A program made the translations under genes and the position numbers. A stretch of DNA of 64,000 nucleotides from an uncultured bacterium (GTDB lineage Bacteria > Chlamydiota > Chlamydiia > Chlamydiales > SM23-39), in contig OY970323.1 of the NCBI GenBank assembly GCA_963716985.1, positions 1,280,001 to 1,344,000 of the forward strand, written 5' to 3'. Under the pieces are notes generated by a model. The model was not told the DNA's origin and ran no database searches. It saw only the letters and a list, made by a program, of their open reading frames with translations. Positions 20,429-30,898 of this stretch are shown here, one piece after another (within the stretch, counting starts at the first letter, position 1; each line of letters starts with the position of its first letter).

Positions 20429-20817
20429 AAATCCTCCAGCGATGTCTCATGTAAAATTTGAAAAAGAGCTTGGCTCATCTTTTCCCACAAAGGGCGCGTC
20501 AAGCACTTGCCTTCGAGCAAGCATCTCGTCTGCGTGAGACATTCGACAAGAACCAGCTGCTCTTCGACTGCAGAAAAGACTTGGAAAACACTGATTTCCG
20601 AGGCCGGTCTTGCCAGCTCATACCCGCCGTTCGGACCTCGTTTAGACGCAACTAAGCAATGACGTTTCATTGAAGAGAGAAGCTGTTCCAAAAAAGGGAG
20701 AGGAATTCTTTGCCTCTTGGCAATGTCTCTAGCAGAGGCAAGCCCTTTCTTCTCCCGGCCTTGGACAAGATCGAGAAGAGCCGATAGAGCATATCTTCCT
20801 CGCCTGGATAGTCGCAT
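20404..20817 (-). CDS. iscR: Rrf2-family regulator, IscR-like
   Basis: LSRRGRYAL, SKRGPNGGYEL, three Cys in CLTQTRCLLEGKC. Confidence 0.85.
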   Translation of the reverse strand: MRLSRRGRYALSALLDLVQGREKKGLASARDIAKRQRIPLPFLEQLLSSMKRHCLVASKRGPNGGYELARPASEISVFQVFSAVEEQLVLVECLTQTRCLLEGKCLTRPLWEKMSQALFQILHETSLEDLCHQKSST

Positions 20818-20840
20818 AAACACCTTTGTTTTTTATCCTG

Positions 20841-20872
20841 ATTCTATATACCTGACTCATTTTGTCAACAAT
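20841..20872 (-). promoter_or_regulatory. isc promoter overlapped by an IscR type-1-like operator
   Basis: TTGACA-16 nt-TAGAAT on the minus strand; ATACCTGACTCATTTTGTCAACAAT at 20848-20872. Confidence 0.7.
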
Positions 20873-20880
20873 TAAGTCAG

Positions 20881-20910
20881 AAAAAAGCCCTATCAAAGTT
20901 TTGATAGGGC
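20881..20910 (-). terminator. Intrinsic terminator after acpP
   Basis: Stem GCCCTATCAAA/TTTGATAGGGC plus T-run on the minus strand. Confidence 0.8.
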
Positions 20911-20918
20911 CGCCTTTG

Positions 20919-21152
20919 TTATTTTTTCTTGGCTTTAATATAGTCCACAACATCTTTGACGGTTTTCAGTTTTTCAGCATCTTCTTCCGAAATCTCAAAC
21001 CCAAAGCGTTCTTCAAACGTCATGATGAGCTCTGTCAAATCCAGAGAATCGGCATTCAAATCTTCAACAAAAGACTTCTCAAGAGTCACATCTGAAGGAT
21101 CCAAACCCAGTTGCTCTATGATGATGTCAATGACATTCTGTTCTATCGTCAT
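20919..21152 (-). CDS. acpP: Acyl carrier protein
   Basis: [14 protein letters not shown]. Confidence 0.97.
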   Translation of the reverse strand: MTIEQNVIDIIIEQLGLDPSDVTLEKSFVEDLNADSLDLTELIMTFEERFGFEISEEDAEKLKTVKDVVDYIKAKKK

Positions 21153-21194
21153 AATGTTTTGCTCCTATTTTTTTCTAATGTTCTCATCCAAAAT

Positions 21195-21950
21195 CTATAA
21201 AACCATTCCCCCATCCACGTTGACCACGTGTCCGGTCATATAATCGGACAAATGGCTAGCCAAAAAGAGCGCAACATTGGCTATGTCTCGAGGAGCACCT
21301 AAACGCTTCATAGGAATTTTACCTATCATCTCTTCCTTGATTGACTCGGGAAGAGCCGCCGTCATCGGGGTTTCTATATATCCGGGGGCAATACAATTCA
21401 CACAAATTCCCTTTCGTCCAAATTCCTTAGCCAGAGATTTGCTAAAGCCAATAATTCCTGACTTAGAAGCAGCATAATTCACCTGCCCCGCATTTCCTGT
21501 CAAGCCCACAACCGAAGAAATGTTTATGATTTTTCCGCTTTTTGCCCTGATCATCTGACGGCAGACGGCTTTGCAAGTATTGAAAAGGGATTTTAAATTG
21601 ATGTCCAATACCCGATCCCACTCCTCTTCGCTCATCTTCATTATGAGGTTGTCTTTCGTAATACCTGCGCTATTGACCAAAATGTCCAACCGGTCCCAGC
21701 GGGAAAAAATACGCGCAAACGCTTCTTCGACTTGGGCATAGCTGCCGACATCGACCCGATCGAAAGCAACTTCTTGAGAGGAAGAGAGGCAGGATTGCCG
21801 GATCTCTTTGAGGGCCTCTTCAGCTTTTTGAGGATTCGTTCCGAAAATGACAATGTCGGCGCCATTTTCTGCAAAGATCTTCGCAATTTCTTTCCCGATG
21901 CCCGATGTTCCTCCGGTCACAATCGCTTTTTTTCCTTTCAATAGCTCCAT
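21195..21950 (-). CDS. fabG: 3-oxoacyl-ACP reductase
   Basis: TGGTSGIG, NSAGITKD, YAASK. Confidence 0.96.
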   Translation of the reverse strand: MELLKGKKAIVTGGTSGIGKEIAKIFAENGADIVIFGTNPQKAEEALKEIRQSCLSSSQEVAFDRVDVGSYAQVEEAFARIFSRWDRLDILVNSAGITKDNLIMKMSEEEWDRVLDINLKSLFNTCKAVCRQMIRAKSGKIINISSVVGLTGNAGQVNYAASKSGIIGFSKSLAKEFGRKGICVNCIAPGYIETPMTAALPESIKEEMIGKIPMKRLGAPRDIANVALFLASHLSDYMTGHVVNVDGGMVL

Positions 21951-21955
21951 CTCGT

Positions 21956-22894
21956 TTACACTCCCGCCATTTTTTGCAGCTCGACAAGATCTTCTACTTT
22001 TTCAATTGAAAGCGTTGGGGCCGCAACACCAATTTTTCGATTCATCCCTGTCAGCGTTTTCCCGCTTCCAATTTCCAAGAAAAGATCCACTCCCCTCTCT
22101 TGCATCTTACGAACGCCGCGATCCCAACGAACACTCTGGGTTACCTGTTGCACCAAAAATTTCTTTACATCCTCTAGAGAATCTACAAAATCGCCGGGGA
22201 CATTCATCACAAGCAGGCGACTACTCGCATGAAAAGCTGTGGTCAAAATCTTCGGTTCCAGTTTTGTTTGCGCATCGTGCATGAGCCCGCTATGAAAAGC
22301 TCCCTGAACTTGAAGAGGCAGCACCCTCTTAGCACCCTTTTCTTTTAGCTTTAGCGAGGCCGCTTCCACCCCTTTTCTGCTCCCCGAGATCACCACTTGG
22401 CCCGGACAATTATAATTGGCCACCCAAATCGCTTCTGTTAAAGACAATTCCCGAACCACAGCATCGACCTCTTGTTCTTCCAGGCCCAAAACGGCGGCCA
22501 TCGCCCCTTCCTGCTTTTCACAGCAGCGGGACATCAGAAGGGCCCTTTCTTTCACCAAAAAGAGGGCCGATTCAAAGGAAAGACAGCCCGATGCGCAAAG
22601 GGCCGTATATTCTCCAAGGCTCAGGCCTGCACAAACCATTGGTGCGAGTTGGGGAAACTTTTCTTCTATTACTTTTAAAATAGCAAAGCTCACGACAAAG
22701 ATTGCCAGCTGCGCATGCAGTGTCTTTTTCAGCTCTTCTTCAGGGCCGTGAAACATCAAATCAGAGAGAGAAAATCCCAAAAGCAGGTCCGCATCCCGGA
22801 AAATTTTTTTCGCCGTCTCAAAACGGTCAAAAAAATCCTTCCCCATACCGACGCATTGCGATCCTTGTCCCGGGAATAAGAAAGCAATTTTCAT
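21956..22894 (-). CDS. fabD: Malonyl-CoA:ACP transacylase
   Basis: FPGQGSQ, GLSLGEY, GAFHS. Confidence 0.96.
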   Translation of the reverse strand: MKIAFLFPGQGSQCVGMGKDFFDRFETAKKIFRDADLLLGFSLSDLMFHGPEEELKKTLHAQLAIFVVSFAILKVIEEKFPQLAPMVCAGLSLGEYTALCASGCLSFESALFLVKERALLMSRCCEKQEGAMAAVLGLEEQEVDAVVRELSLTEAIWVANYNCPGQVVISGSRKGVEAASLKLKEKGAKRVLPLQVQGAFHSGLMHDAQTKLEPKILTTAFHASSRLLVMNVPGDFVDSLEDVKKFLVQQVTQSVRWDRGVRKMQERGVDLFLEIGSGKTLTGMNRKIGVAAPTLSIEKVEDLVELQKMAGV

Positions 22895-22897
22895 ACG

Positions 22898-23908
22898 CTA
22901 AAGATCCTCGCTTCGGGAAGTCAAGACCGCAGCACCCCAAGTAAATCCTGCCCCAAAAACGGTCAACAACAAGTGTTCTCCATTCTTCACGCTCCCTTTT
23001 TTCTTGAGCTCATCCAAAGCAATGCCGATCGAAGAAGCGGAGGTATTGCCATACTTTTGTATCACCTTAAATATGCGCTCTTCGGATAGATGTTCGAAAC
23101 GCTTGGCAATGGCAGAAATGATGCGTTCGTTGGCCTGATGGGGAATTAACCAGCTGATATCCTCTTCTTTTAGGCCCACCATGTCCATGCATTCTTTAGA
23201 GACCATTTCCATGCGGCGCACTGCATGTTTAAACGTTTCGTTGCCGCCCATGCGAATATAATGGCATCCTTGGCTGACCGATTCTTGGGTCGCAGGCATT
23301 CTGGAGCCTCCGGCGGGAAGCTTTAAAAGCTCTGCTTGCCCTCCATCCGCGCCAAGAGACACCCCTTGAATTTCAAGCCCGCTTCCCTTCATGCTGACCA
23401 CACAGGAGAATGCGCCGTCGCCAAAAAGTACGCAGGTCGAACGATCTTTATAGTTAATGATAGAGGACATTTTATCAGCGGCAACGATCAAAATATTTTT
23501 GTAAACCCCTTTTTCCACAAAAGAAGATGCTATTTTCAAAGCATAAATAAAACCGGAACAAGCAGCAGAAATGTCTAGAGCAGGAACATTTTTTAACCCC
23601 AACTGCTCCTGAACCAAACAAGCAGTGCTGGGGAAAAGATAGTCGGGGGTCACGGTTGCAAATAGGATAAAGTCGATCTCTTCCGGAGCAATACGAGCGT
23701 CGTGAATGGCTTTTTTAGCAGATTCACAACCCATCTGAGAGGTATATTCCGACTCTTCGGCAATCCTTCTTTCTCGAATTCCGGTCCTTGAAACAATCCA
23801 TTCGTCCGAAGTATCGACCATCCTCTCAAGATCTGCATTGGAAAGGACTTTTTTCGGCACATAGGAACCGATTCCTATAATCTTAGATTTCAGTGTCTTA
23901 AGAGTCAC
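22898..23908 (-). CDS. fabH: Beta-ketoacyl-ACP synthase III
   Basis: AACSGF, PHQAN, GNTSASS; GTG start at 23908 with GGGAGG RBS. Confidence 0.95.
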   Translation of the reverse strand: MTLKTLKSKIIGIGSYVPKKVLSNADLERMVDTSDEWIVSRTGIRERRIAEESEYTSQMGCESAKKAIHDARIAPEEIDFILFATVTPDYLFPSTACLVQEQLGLKNVPALDISAACSGFIYALKIASSFVEKGVYKNILIVAADKMSSIINYKDRSTCVLFGDGAFSCVVSMKGSGLEIQGVSLGADGGQAELLKLPAGGSRMPATQESVSQGCHYIRMGGNETFKHAVRRMEMVSKECMDMVGLKEEDISWLIPHQANERIISAIAKRFEHLSEERIFKVIQKYGNTSASSIGIALDELKKKGSVKNGEHLLLTVFGAGFTWGAAVLTSRSEDL

Positions 23909-24297
23909 TAACCCTCCCAGTTTAATAAGGAAAATTTTCCTATCTCTTCTCTGTTGAATTACCTCAGATCGAGTCTCCCATTTTACCTTTTTTTGCCACT
24001 TTAAAAAAAGAATAATCTGCACACGATGCCTGAGGGAAAAGCCCTGACAAACAGGGAAAATAAGAATCGGCCCTACTGTTTTTTTCTCGGACGCCAAGTT
24101 TTTTCGCAAATGACTGACAAACACTCGCTTAAGAAGACATTTTCCTCATACTTTGCGCATGCGTAAAACGATTCGACGTGAAGGTTCGGGACAAAAAATG
24201 GGCGCATTTCGCACACACAAAGAACACCCTCATTCTCCATTTTTTCTTTCAAAAATCTCTCGAGTCGGCTATTTTTTCTTTTAAAAAGAGGTTTTTT

Positions 24298-25320
24298 ATG
24301 CCGCCCAGGTCTCCAAGGTCAAAACGCTCAAAAGCAGAAGTAGAGCAAGAATTTTCTCTTATCGAACAGCAAGTTGATGCAGAAAAAAGTTCTGTATCGA
24401 CAAAATTGGAAGCTGCAGCGCAAATGCAGGAGGCAGAGATTAAGGCGGCCGTCAGCGAAATTACCGTTGAGGTCATCTCAAAAAAACTCACAGACCTTTC
24501 GTCAGAAATCTCGAAGACTTTCGTCAATTTAGCAGAAAAAATGACAAACGAGGTTCATCTCTTAAAGACGCTTCGAGAAGCCTCCTCTCTTGAAACAAAG
24601 GAGCTGGAACAGCTCCACGGGATTGATATAGCGGCAACAAGTCTTCATCAATTGATTACCGACTACTCCGAGAAGAAAAAAGCTTTTGATACCGAAATGG
24701 AAGAAACAAAGAAAATCTGGCAAAAAGAGAAAGAGGCCAACGACCAAAAAGATGCGGAATACGAAGAATCCCTTCAAAAAACTCGCTTGCGGGAGGCGGA
24801 AGAATATGAATATAAGAAGAATCTGGAAAGAAAAAAGGTCCAGGATTGTTTCGACGAAGAGATAAAGCAAAGGGAAAAGAAGAATCTTGCAACGCAAGAA
24901 ATGCTCGAAAAGAGCTGGAAAGAAAGAGAAGCGATTTTAAAGCAGAAGGAAGAGGAATTTGCCCAGCTCAAAAAAGAGGTCGAACAGTTTCCCTCCCGGC
25001 TTTCGGCAGAATGCAGCAAGTCTGCGAAAGAGGCGGCAAAAGAAGCGGAGGCCAAGTATGCTCAGGAAATTGCTCAACTGAAACGAGATCTCCTTGTAGA
25101 AAAGCAGATCGGAGAGTTGAAACTCAAGCAGCAGCAAGAGCTGCTTTTAGCCCAGCAAAATCAAATGTCTTCTCTTCAAACCCAATTAGATGAGGCAAAA
25201 CGACAGGTGCAAGACATCGCCATTAAGGCGATTGAAGGAGCTTCGGGAGCAAAGGCATTGTCGCACATTAATGAGATTGCAATAGAACAGGCAAAAAATA
25301 GAACGCAAAATAGACCTTGA
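24298..25320 (+). CDS. Long coiled-coil hypothetical protein
   Basis: E/K/Q-rich heptad pattern throughout; C-terminal QVQDIAIKAIEGAS. Confidence 0.75.
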   Translation: MPPRSPRSKRSKAEVEQEFSLIEQQVDAEKSSVSTKLEAAAQMQEAEIKAAVSEITVEVISKKLTDLSSEISKTFVNLAEKMTNEVHLLKTLREASSLETKELEQLHGIDIAATSLHQLITDYSEKKKAFDTEMEETKKIWQKEKEANDQKDAEYEESLQKTRLREAEEYEYKKNLERKKVQDCFDEEIKQREKKNLATQEMLEKSWKEREAILKQKEEEFAQLKKEVEQFPSRLSAECSKSAKEAAKEAEAKYAQEIAQLKRDLLVEKQIGELKLKQQQELLLAQQNQMSSLQTQLDEAKRQVQDIAIKAIEGASGAKALSHINEIAIEQAKNRTQNRP

Positions 25321-25428
25321 CCTTCTTCCCTTTCGATCAGAAAATTGCTCGAACTTTATGTAATTTGCAATTTTTCGTGAATGGGTAGATTTTTAATGGT
25401 TTGCGAAATCCCAGTTTCCTTTTAGATT

Positions 25429-25794
25429 TTAAGGTTCTTTGAGCTTGCGTGCCAGCTCTCTCCCTTTTTCCGGAGGATATTTTTGCGCATTCTTCTCCAT
25501 CTTCTCCAAAAAAGCTTTGTACAGATCGATCTTAAGACAATCGCTCAAGCGCAAAAGATAGATCAAAACATCGGCAACTTCATCTTTTACCGCCTGAAAT
25601 CTCTCGGCGTGATCGCGGACATTTTGCGATTGCTCGTCCGAAAGCCATTGAAACACTTCTAAAAGCTCAGCCGCCTCTACGCTCAAAGCCATGCTCAGGC
25701 TTTTTGGATTATGAAAGCTCTCCCATCCCCTTTCTTTAACGAATGCCCGATGCACTTCTTGCATTTTTTGAATGTCCAAACATTTGCTCGACAT
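25429..25794 (-). CDS. MazG-like (dCTPase-type) nucleotide pyrophosphohydrolase
   Basis: ERGWESFHNPKSLSMALSVEAAELLE, DEVADV, KNAQKYP. Confidence 0.92.
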   Translation of the reverse strand: MSSKCLDIQKMQEVHRAFVKERGWESFHNPKSLSMALSVEAAELLEVFQWLSDEQSQNVRDHAERFQAVKDEVADVLIYLLRLSDCLKIDLYKAFLEKMEKNAQKYPPEKGRELARKLKEP

Positions 25795-25988
25795 AGGTTT
25801 TCTCCGAATGACTGCTGCAAGCAGAAATAGTAGTCGATTCTCCCTTGTTTGAGAAACTTTTTTTTCCGGCTATGAGAAGAAGATCTAAATCGACAGATTT
25901 TTCGAAAAAGAAAGGATCAAGAGGAGCAAAATTTCATTTCATCTTTGATTTTTTTGCTGTATAAAGTAAGAAAAAAACAGGATGAACC

Positions 25989-26588
25989 ATGTCTCTCAAA
26001 TATCCGAAGGATCTACTTTCTCTGATCGCCTTTTTTAAGAAATTTCCGGGCGTGGGAAGCAAAACAGCCGAGCGCCTTTGCTTCCATCTGCTCCAATGGA
26101 ATGAAAAAGAATTAGAGCAGTTTGGCCATCTGCTTTCTCGACTTAAAAAAACAATCCAGCATTGCCCCGAGTGCGGCTGCATCATGGAAGAGGCCGTCTG
26201 CTGCTTTTGCAATCAAAAATTTCGCTCTTCGCATCTGCTTTGCATCATCGCTTCTCCCAAGGATGCCTTTTCAATCGAGATGACCCGAAGTTATTCGGGC
26301 CTCTACCATGTCATCGACCACCTCCTGTCCCCCATTGAAGGACGCCTCGATTTGCATTTGGAGTCCTTGGACATAAGAATCGAAAAGCTTGCGGTGCAAG
26401 AGCTCATCATTGCCCTCGACTCTACTTTGGAAGGGGATGCCACCTCTCTTTACTTAAAAAATCATCTCAAAAACCATCCCCATATCAAAGTTTCCCGCCT
26501 GGCTTTTGGGCTGCCCGTCGGAAGTAGTTTGGACTACATCGACGACAGCACCTTGTCGCGCGCTTTAGCAGGAAGGCAGAGCTTTTAG
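25989..26588 (+). CDS. recR: Recombination mediator RecR
   Basis: PGVGSKTAER, C4 zinc finger, EGDAT, RLAFGLPVG. Confidence 0.96.
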   Translation: MSLKYPKDLLSLIAFFKKFPGVGSKTAERLCFHLLQWNEKELEQFGHLLSRLKKTIQHCPECGCIMEEAVCCFCNQKFRSSHLLCIIASPKDAFSIEMTRSYSGLYHVIDHLLSPIEGRLDLHLESLDIRIEKLAVQELIIALDSTLEGDATSLYLKNHLKNHPHIKVSRLAFGLPVGSSLDYIDDSTLSRALAGRQSF

Positions 26589-26703
26589 CTTGCCTGCATT
26601 TAATAAGTTTTTCTATAATTTAGCTTTTGTCATTTAGGACGTGGACTGAAAAGGAAAAAGTCGATAGCCTGTCTTATGACAAATAATACCAAAAAGAAAA
26701 AAC

Positions 26704-29061
26704 ATGCTGAAAAAATTCTACTGCCTGATTGCTTTTTTATTTCTTTTTTCCACGGCTCTTGCGGCTGAAGAACCTTTGGATGGACGCATTGTTTCTAAAG
26801 TGCAAATCTCTTTGGAAACCACTGACAAAAACAGATCGTTCGACACGAAAAGCCTTGCCAACCGACTCAAAACAAAAGAGAAACACCACTTTTCTCAAAT
26901 CGAGTTCGATGAAGATCTTAAAATGCTGGCAAAAGAATATGCCCGTATCGAACCTTACGTTCTTCCGGAAGATCATGAGCTTCTCATTACAATCAAACTC
27001 TGGCCCAAACCACGCATTCGATCGATCCATTGGATCGGAAACCAGGCCATGCTCACTAAAACCCTTCAAAAAGAGTTGGGAGTCAAGACGAATCAGATTC
27101 TTGACCGGGAATCCTTTACCCAGTCGCTAAATAAGGTGAAAGAGTATTATCTCAAAAAGGGTTATTTTGAATCCTCCCTCTCCTATTCAACTCTCTTAGT
27201 TCCCGAAAAAAATGAAGTGGATGTAGAAATTCGAGTGACCGAAGGCAGATTGGGACATATCAACAAAATCCATTTTACGGGTTTCACCAAAGAGGAAGAA
27301 AAAGCCCTTGGCGACCTGGTCCACACGAAGACCTATAACCGCCTCATCAGCTGGTTCAATGGGAATGGAATTTTCCGCGAAGAGGGGGTCGAGCAAGATG
27401 AAATGTTGATCCTCAACTATTTGCAAAATGAAGGTTTTGCCGATGCCAAAGTGGCCACCAAAATCGATGAGAGCAAAAAAGGAGTTCTTCTCGATTGGAC
27501 CTGCACCCGAGGCGTGCTCTATCATTTTGGAAGGATCACTTTTGAAGGCAATACGATTCTTCGCGACGAGGACATTGAAAAGCGTTTTTTGATCCACCCG
27601 GAAGATCTTTATTCCACCGATAAGCTCAGAGAGACGGCGCAAGCAATGAAAGACGCTTATGGACAAAAAGGATATATCGAAACCGAAGCAAACTACACGC
27701 TCAAGCTTCATGAAGACAAGCCCATCTATGACGTGGATTTTACGATCACTGAAGGGGGCTCCTTCAAAATCGGCTACATCCATATTTGCGGCAACGCGCA
27801 AACGCAGTCCCACGTGATCTTAAGAGAATCGCTTCTTGTCCCGGGAGAACTGTTCAACACCAAAAAACTCAAAGCAACCCAGGAAAGGCTGCAAAACATC
27901 GGCTATTTTAAGAACGTCAATGTCTATGCCGTAACTTCGCCCGAAGATTCCGGCCTCGGATCGAATTACCGCGATGTGCATATCGAAGTCGAAGAAACGT
28001 CGACGGGCAATGCCAGTATTTTCTTGGGATTCAGCTCTTTGGAAGATCTCTTTGGCGGACTCGATATTTCCGAGCGTAATTTTAACTATAAGGGGTTTGC
28101 CGCTCTCTTTAAAAAAGGCCCCTCCTCTTTGAGAGGAGGCGGAGAATTTGCTCATGCCAAATTCACAATCGGCGTAAAACAGCAAAGCTACGTCGTATCT
28201 TGGATGACCCCCTATTTCCGAGATAGCCTCTGGAGAACGGGTTTCGAGGGAAGCGTCACCGAGAGCACCTTGACCTCCACTGATTATATTGTCCGCACCT
28301 ATGGCTTGACTCTCTTCGCAGCTTATCCTGTCACTACTTATTGGACCTATGGAACGAAATATCGCATTCGCAATTCTTCGGTAAACGTCAAACACAAAGA
28401 ACATAAATCCGCGAAGGAAATTCACGAGGAGAAAGAGGCCGAAGGCGTTATTTCAGCTATTGGCACTAGCATTTCCTATGATTCCACAGACAACCCGCGC
28501 AAAGCACACAGAGGCCTGCGATTCTCCGTAGAGGGTGAAGTTGCCGGCCTTGGCGGAAGCAGCGCCTTTCTCAAAGTGGGAACGGTCAATACTCTCTACC
28601 TGCCTCTTTGGACAAAAGGAACCATGAAATATCGGGCCGATTTTCGATTCATTGAGCCTTTTGGGGGAAATAGACCAAAAGAAAAGATTCCCTTGAGCGA
28701 ACGCTTTTTCTTAGGGGGTGAGGGAACGGTCCGTGGTTATCGTCCCTACATCTTAGGACCTAGATTTATCGACGGCAGGCATGATAAAGATGACCCTACC
28801 GGCGGTATCTCTTCTGCACTCTTGTCAGTTGAATACTCACAAGAAATCATTCGAATCTTCGATATCTTTGTCTTCGCGGATGCCGGCAGCATTTCCATGA
28901 AACATTTTACAATTCCCGAACTCAGGGCCAGTTATGGTATTGGAATGCGCCTTGAAATCATGAACCAGATGCCCCTCATCATCGGATATGGCGTCCCCGT
29001 AAATCCGGAGCGACGCAGCGATAAACAAAAATTCTTCTTCTCCATGGGGGGACAATTCTAA
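26704..29061 (+). CDS. bamA: Outer-membrane protein assembly factor BamA
   Basis: POTRA repeats, FFLGGEGTVRGY, C-terminal GGQF. Confidence 0.96.
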   Translation: MLKKFYCLIAFLFLFSTALAAEEPLDGRIVSKVQISLETTDKNRSFDTKSLANRLKTKEKHHFSQIEFDEDLKMLAKEYARIEPYVLPEDHELLITIKLWPKPRIRSIHWIGNQAMLTKTLQKELGVKTNQILDRESFTQSLNKVKEYYLKKGYFESSLSYSTLLVPEKNEVDVEIRVTEGRLGHINKIHFTGFTKEEEKALGDLVHTKTYNRLISWFNGNGIFREEGVEQDEMLILNYLQNEGFADAKVATKIDESKKGVLLDWTCTRGVLYHFGRITFEGNTILRDEDIEKRFLIHPEDLYSTDKLRETAQAMKDAYGQKGYIETEANYTLKLHEDKPIYDVDFTITEGGSFKIGYIHICGNAQTQSHVILRESLLVPGELFNTKKLKATQERLQNIGYFKNVNVYAVTSPEDSGLGSNYRDVHIEVEETSTGNASIFLGFSSLEDLFGGLDISERNFNYKGFAALFKKGPSSLRGGGEFAHAKFTIGVKQQSYVVSWMTPYFRDSLWRTGFEGSVTESTLTSTDYIVRTYGLTLFAAYPVTTYWTYGTKYRIRNSSVNVKHKEHKSAKEIHEEKEAEGVISAIGTSISYDSTDNPRKAHRGLRFSVEGEVAGLGGSSAFLKVGTVNTLYLPLWTKGTMKYRADFRFIEPFGGNRPKEKIPLSERFFLGGEGTVRGYRPYILGPRFIDGRHDKDDPTGGISSALLSVEYSQEIIRIFDIFVFADAGSISMKHFTIPELRASYGIGMRLEIMNQMPLIIGYGVPVNPERRSDKQKFFFSMGGQF

Positions 29062-29078
29062 CAACAAAAGGAGCTCAC

Positions 29079-29699
29079 ATGCGTAGTGCAAAAACACTCA
29101 TGTTTTTTATACTTTTAGCCATTGGACAAACTTTATGTGCCGCAGATATTGCAAAATCCTCAACGGCAGTTGTGAATTTCGGCACCTGTGTCCAAGAATC
29201 AAAATATGGCAAACACGAACAAGATCAATTCATGAACGTCCGCAAGCAATGGGACTCGCTCATCGAGGAAACGGAAAAAGAGCTCAAGAATCTCGCTGCA
29301 AAATTTGAAGACCAGGAATATATGGACGGTCTTTCTCCCGAAGCAGAACAGGAATTGAAAATGAAATACAAAACTTTGAATGAAGATTTGGCAAAATATC
29401 AAGGACAACTCTATCAAATCATGAACCAGGCCAATATGCTTTTCTATCAAAAGCTCTCTGCCGTCGTTGCCAAAGCTGCCGAAAAAATTGCAAGCGAAAA
29501 AAAGCTCACACTTGTTCTCAATAAAGAAATCTGTTTCTATCATGAGCCTAACATGGACATCACCCCCCTTGTGATTTCTGAAATGGACAAAAACTTTGAG
29601 AGCGAAATGAAATCTCAAAAAGAGAGTGAAAAGGGCGCATCGTCCCAACCCATGATGCCTCCAAAAACAACGCCTCCGAAAGCTGCTCCCAAAAAATAA
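29079..29699 (+). CDS. skp: OmpH/Skp chaperone
   Basis: Signal peptide, coiled coil, DIT motif, position between bamA and lpxD. Confidence 0.9.
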   Translation: MRSAKTLMFFILLAIGQTLCAADIAKSSTAVVNFGTCVQESKYGKHEQDQFMNVRKQWDSLIEETEKELKNLAAKFEDQEYMDGLSPEAEQELKMKYKTLNEDLAKYQGQLYQIMNQANMLFYQKLSAVVAKAAEKIASEKKLTLVLNKEICFYHEPNMDITPLVISEMDKNFESEMKSQKESEKGASSQPMMPPKTTPPKAAPKK

Positions 29700-29705
29700 A
29701 AGCTT

Positions 29706-30788
29706 ATGGAGAAACGAACGTTTACACTCGAAGAACTTGCGCAACTTACGCAAGCTCGCTTCGTCGGCAATCATAAAACCCTTGTCGACGGGGTGAATAC
29801 ATTGGAAGACGCATCGGAAACCGATGTCTCTTTCTTAGCCAATACTCGATATGTTGAGTCCATGAAGCGTTCCAGGGCCGGTATTATTTGTGTCGGCCCA
29901 ACTGCACAACTCATCGAAGGGAAAAGCTACCTCATCTCGGACAACCCTTCGGCGCTCTTCCAGAAGATAGCCGAAATGATGCTCACGGAAAAAACCCTCT
30001 TTACGGGCTTTGTCGGGATCCATCCCACGGCTGTGATCCATCCAACTGCCGTAATTGATCCAAACGTGCAGATCGGCCCCTTTGCCGTGATCGACATGCA
30101 TGCCACCGTCGGACAGCATACCTTTATTGGATCTTCCGTCTATATAGGCCCCTACACCCGAATCGGCAACGAATGCACGGTCCACCCGGGATGTATCATT
30201 CGAGAACAATGCCGGATTGGCAATCGCGTCATTCTACAGCCGGGATGCGTGATCGGATCCTGTGGTTTTGGCTACCTGACAGACGAGAAAGGAAGGTTTC
30301 AGAGGCTGCAGCAGCTCGGCACCGTCGTTTTGGAAGATGATGTGGAAATCGGGGCCAATACGACCATCGATCGCTCCCGCTTCAAAGAAACAAAAATCTG
30401 TCGAGGGACAAAAATCGACAATCTCGTGCAAATAGCACATAATGTCATCATCGGGGAAGATAATGCCATCGCAGCCCAAACGGGCATTGCAGGATCATCC
30501 AAAACAGGCCGTAATGTCATCATGGGCGGACAGGTAGGAGTCTCAGGGCACGTCTTGATTGGAGACGGCACCTCGCTCGGCGCGCAGACGGGAGTCAGCA
30601 AAACGTTGCCGCCCGGTGGAAAATATCGGGGGACCCCCGCATCGCCCATCAACGATTATCATCGTCAAAAAGTGTTCGTCAAAAAGCTTCCCCTTTATAT
30701 CGAGCAAATCGAAATGCTCCGAGAACAGATCGCTCAACTGCAAGAAGAAATGCAAGATCTTAAAAAAACAGAGCGCACACGATCTTAA
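29706..30788 (+). CDS. lpxD: UDP-3-O-acylglucosamine N-acyltransferase
   Basis: Hexapeptide repeats, [18 protein letters not shown]. Confidence 0.96.
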   Translation: MEKRTFTLEELAQLTQARFVGNHKTLVDGVNTLEDASETDVSFLANTRYVESMKRSRAGIICVGPTAQLIEGKSYLISDNPSALFQKIAEMMLTEKTLFTGFVGIHPTAVIHPTAVIDPNVQIGPFAVIDMHATVGQHTFIGSSVYIGPYTRIGNECTVHPGCIIREQCRIGNRVILQPGCVIGSCGFGYLTDEKGRFQRLQQLGTVVLEDDVEIGANTTIDRSRFKETKICRGTKIDNLVQIAHNVIIGEDNAIAAQTGIAGSSKTGRNVIMGGQVGVSGHVLIGDGTSLGAQTGVSKTLPPGGKYRGTPASPINDYHRQKVFVKKLPLYIEQIEMLREQIAQLQEEMQDLKKTERTRS

Positions 30789-30898
30789 GATCTCCCTTTT
30801 TTTCTCAAAAAAAGACCCTTTCCCCTGAACCTCATCAAAAGAGGAAATCAGTGGTCGAAAAAATTCTGCTCTGATACCCTTGAACTTTTGGTCTTTTC

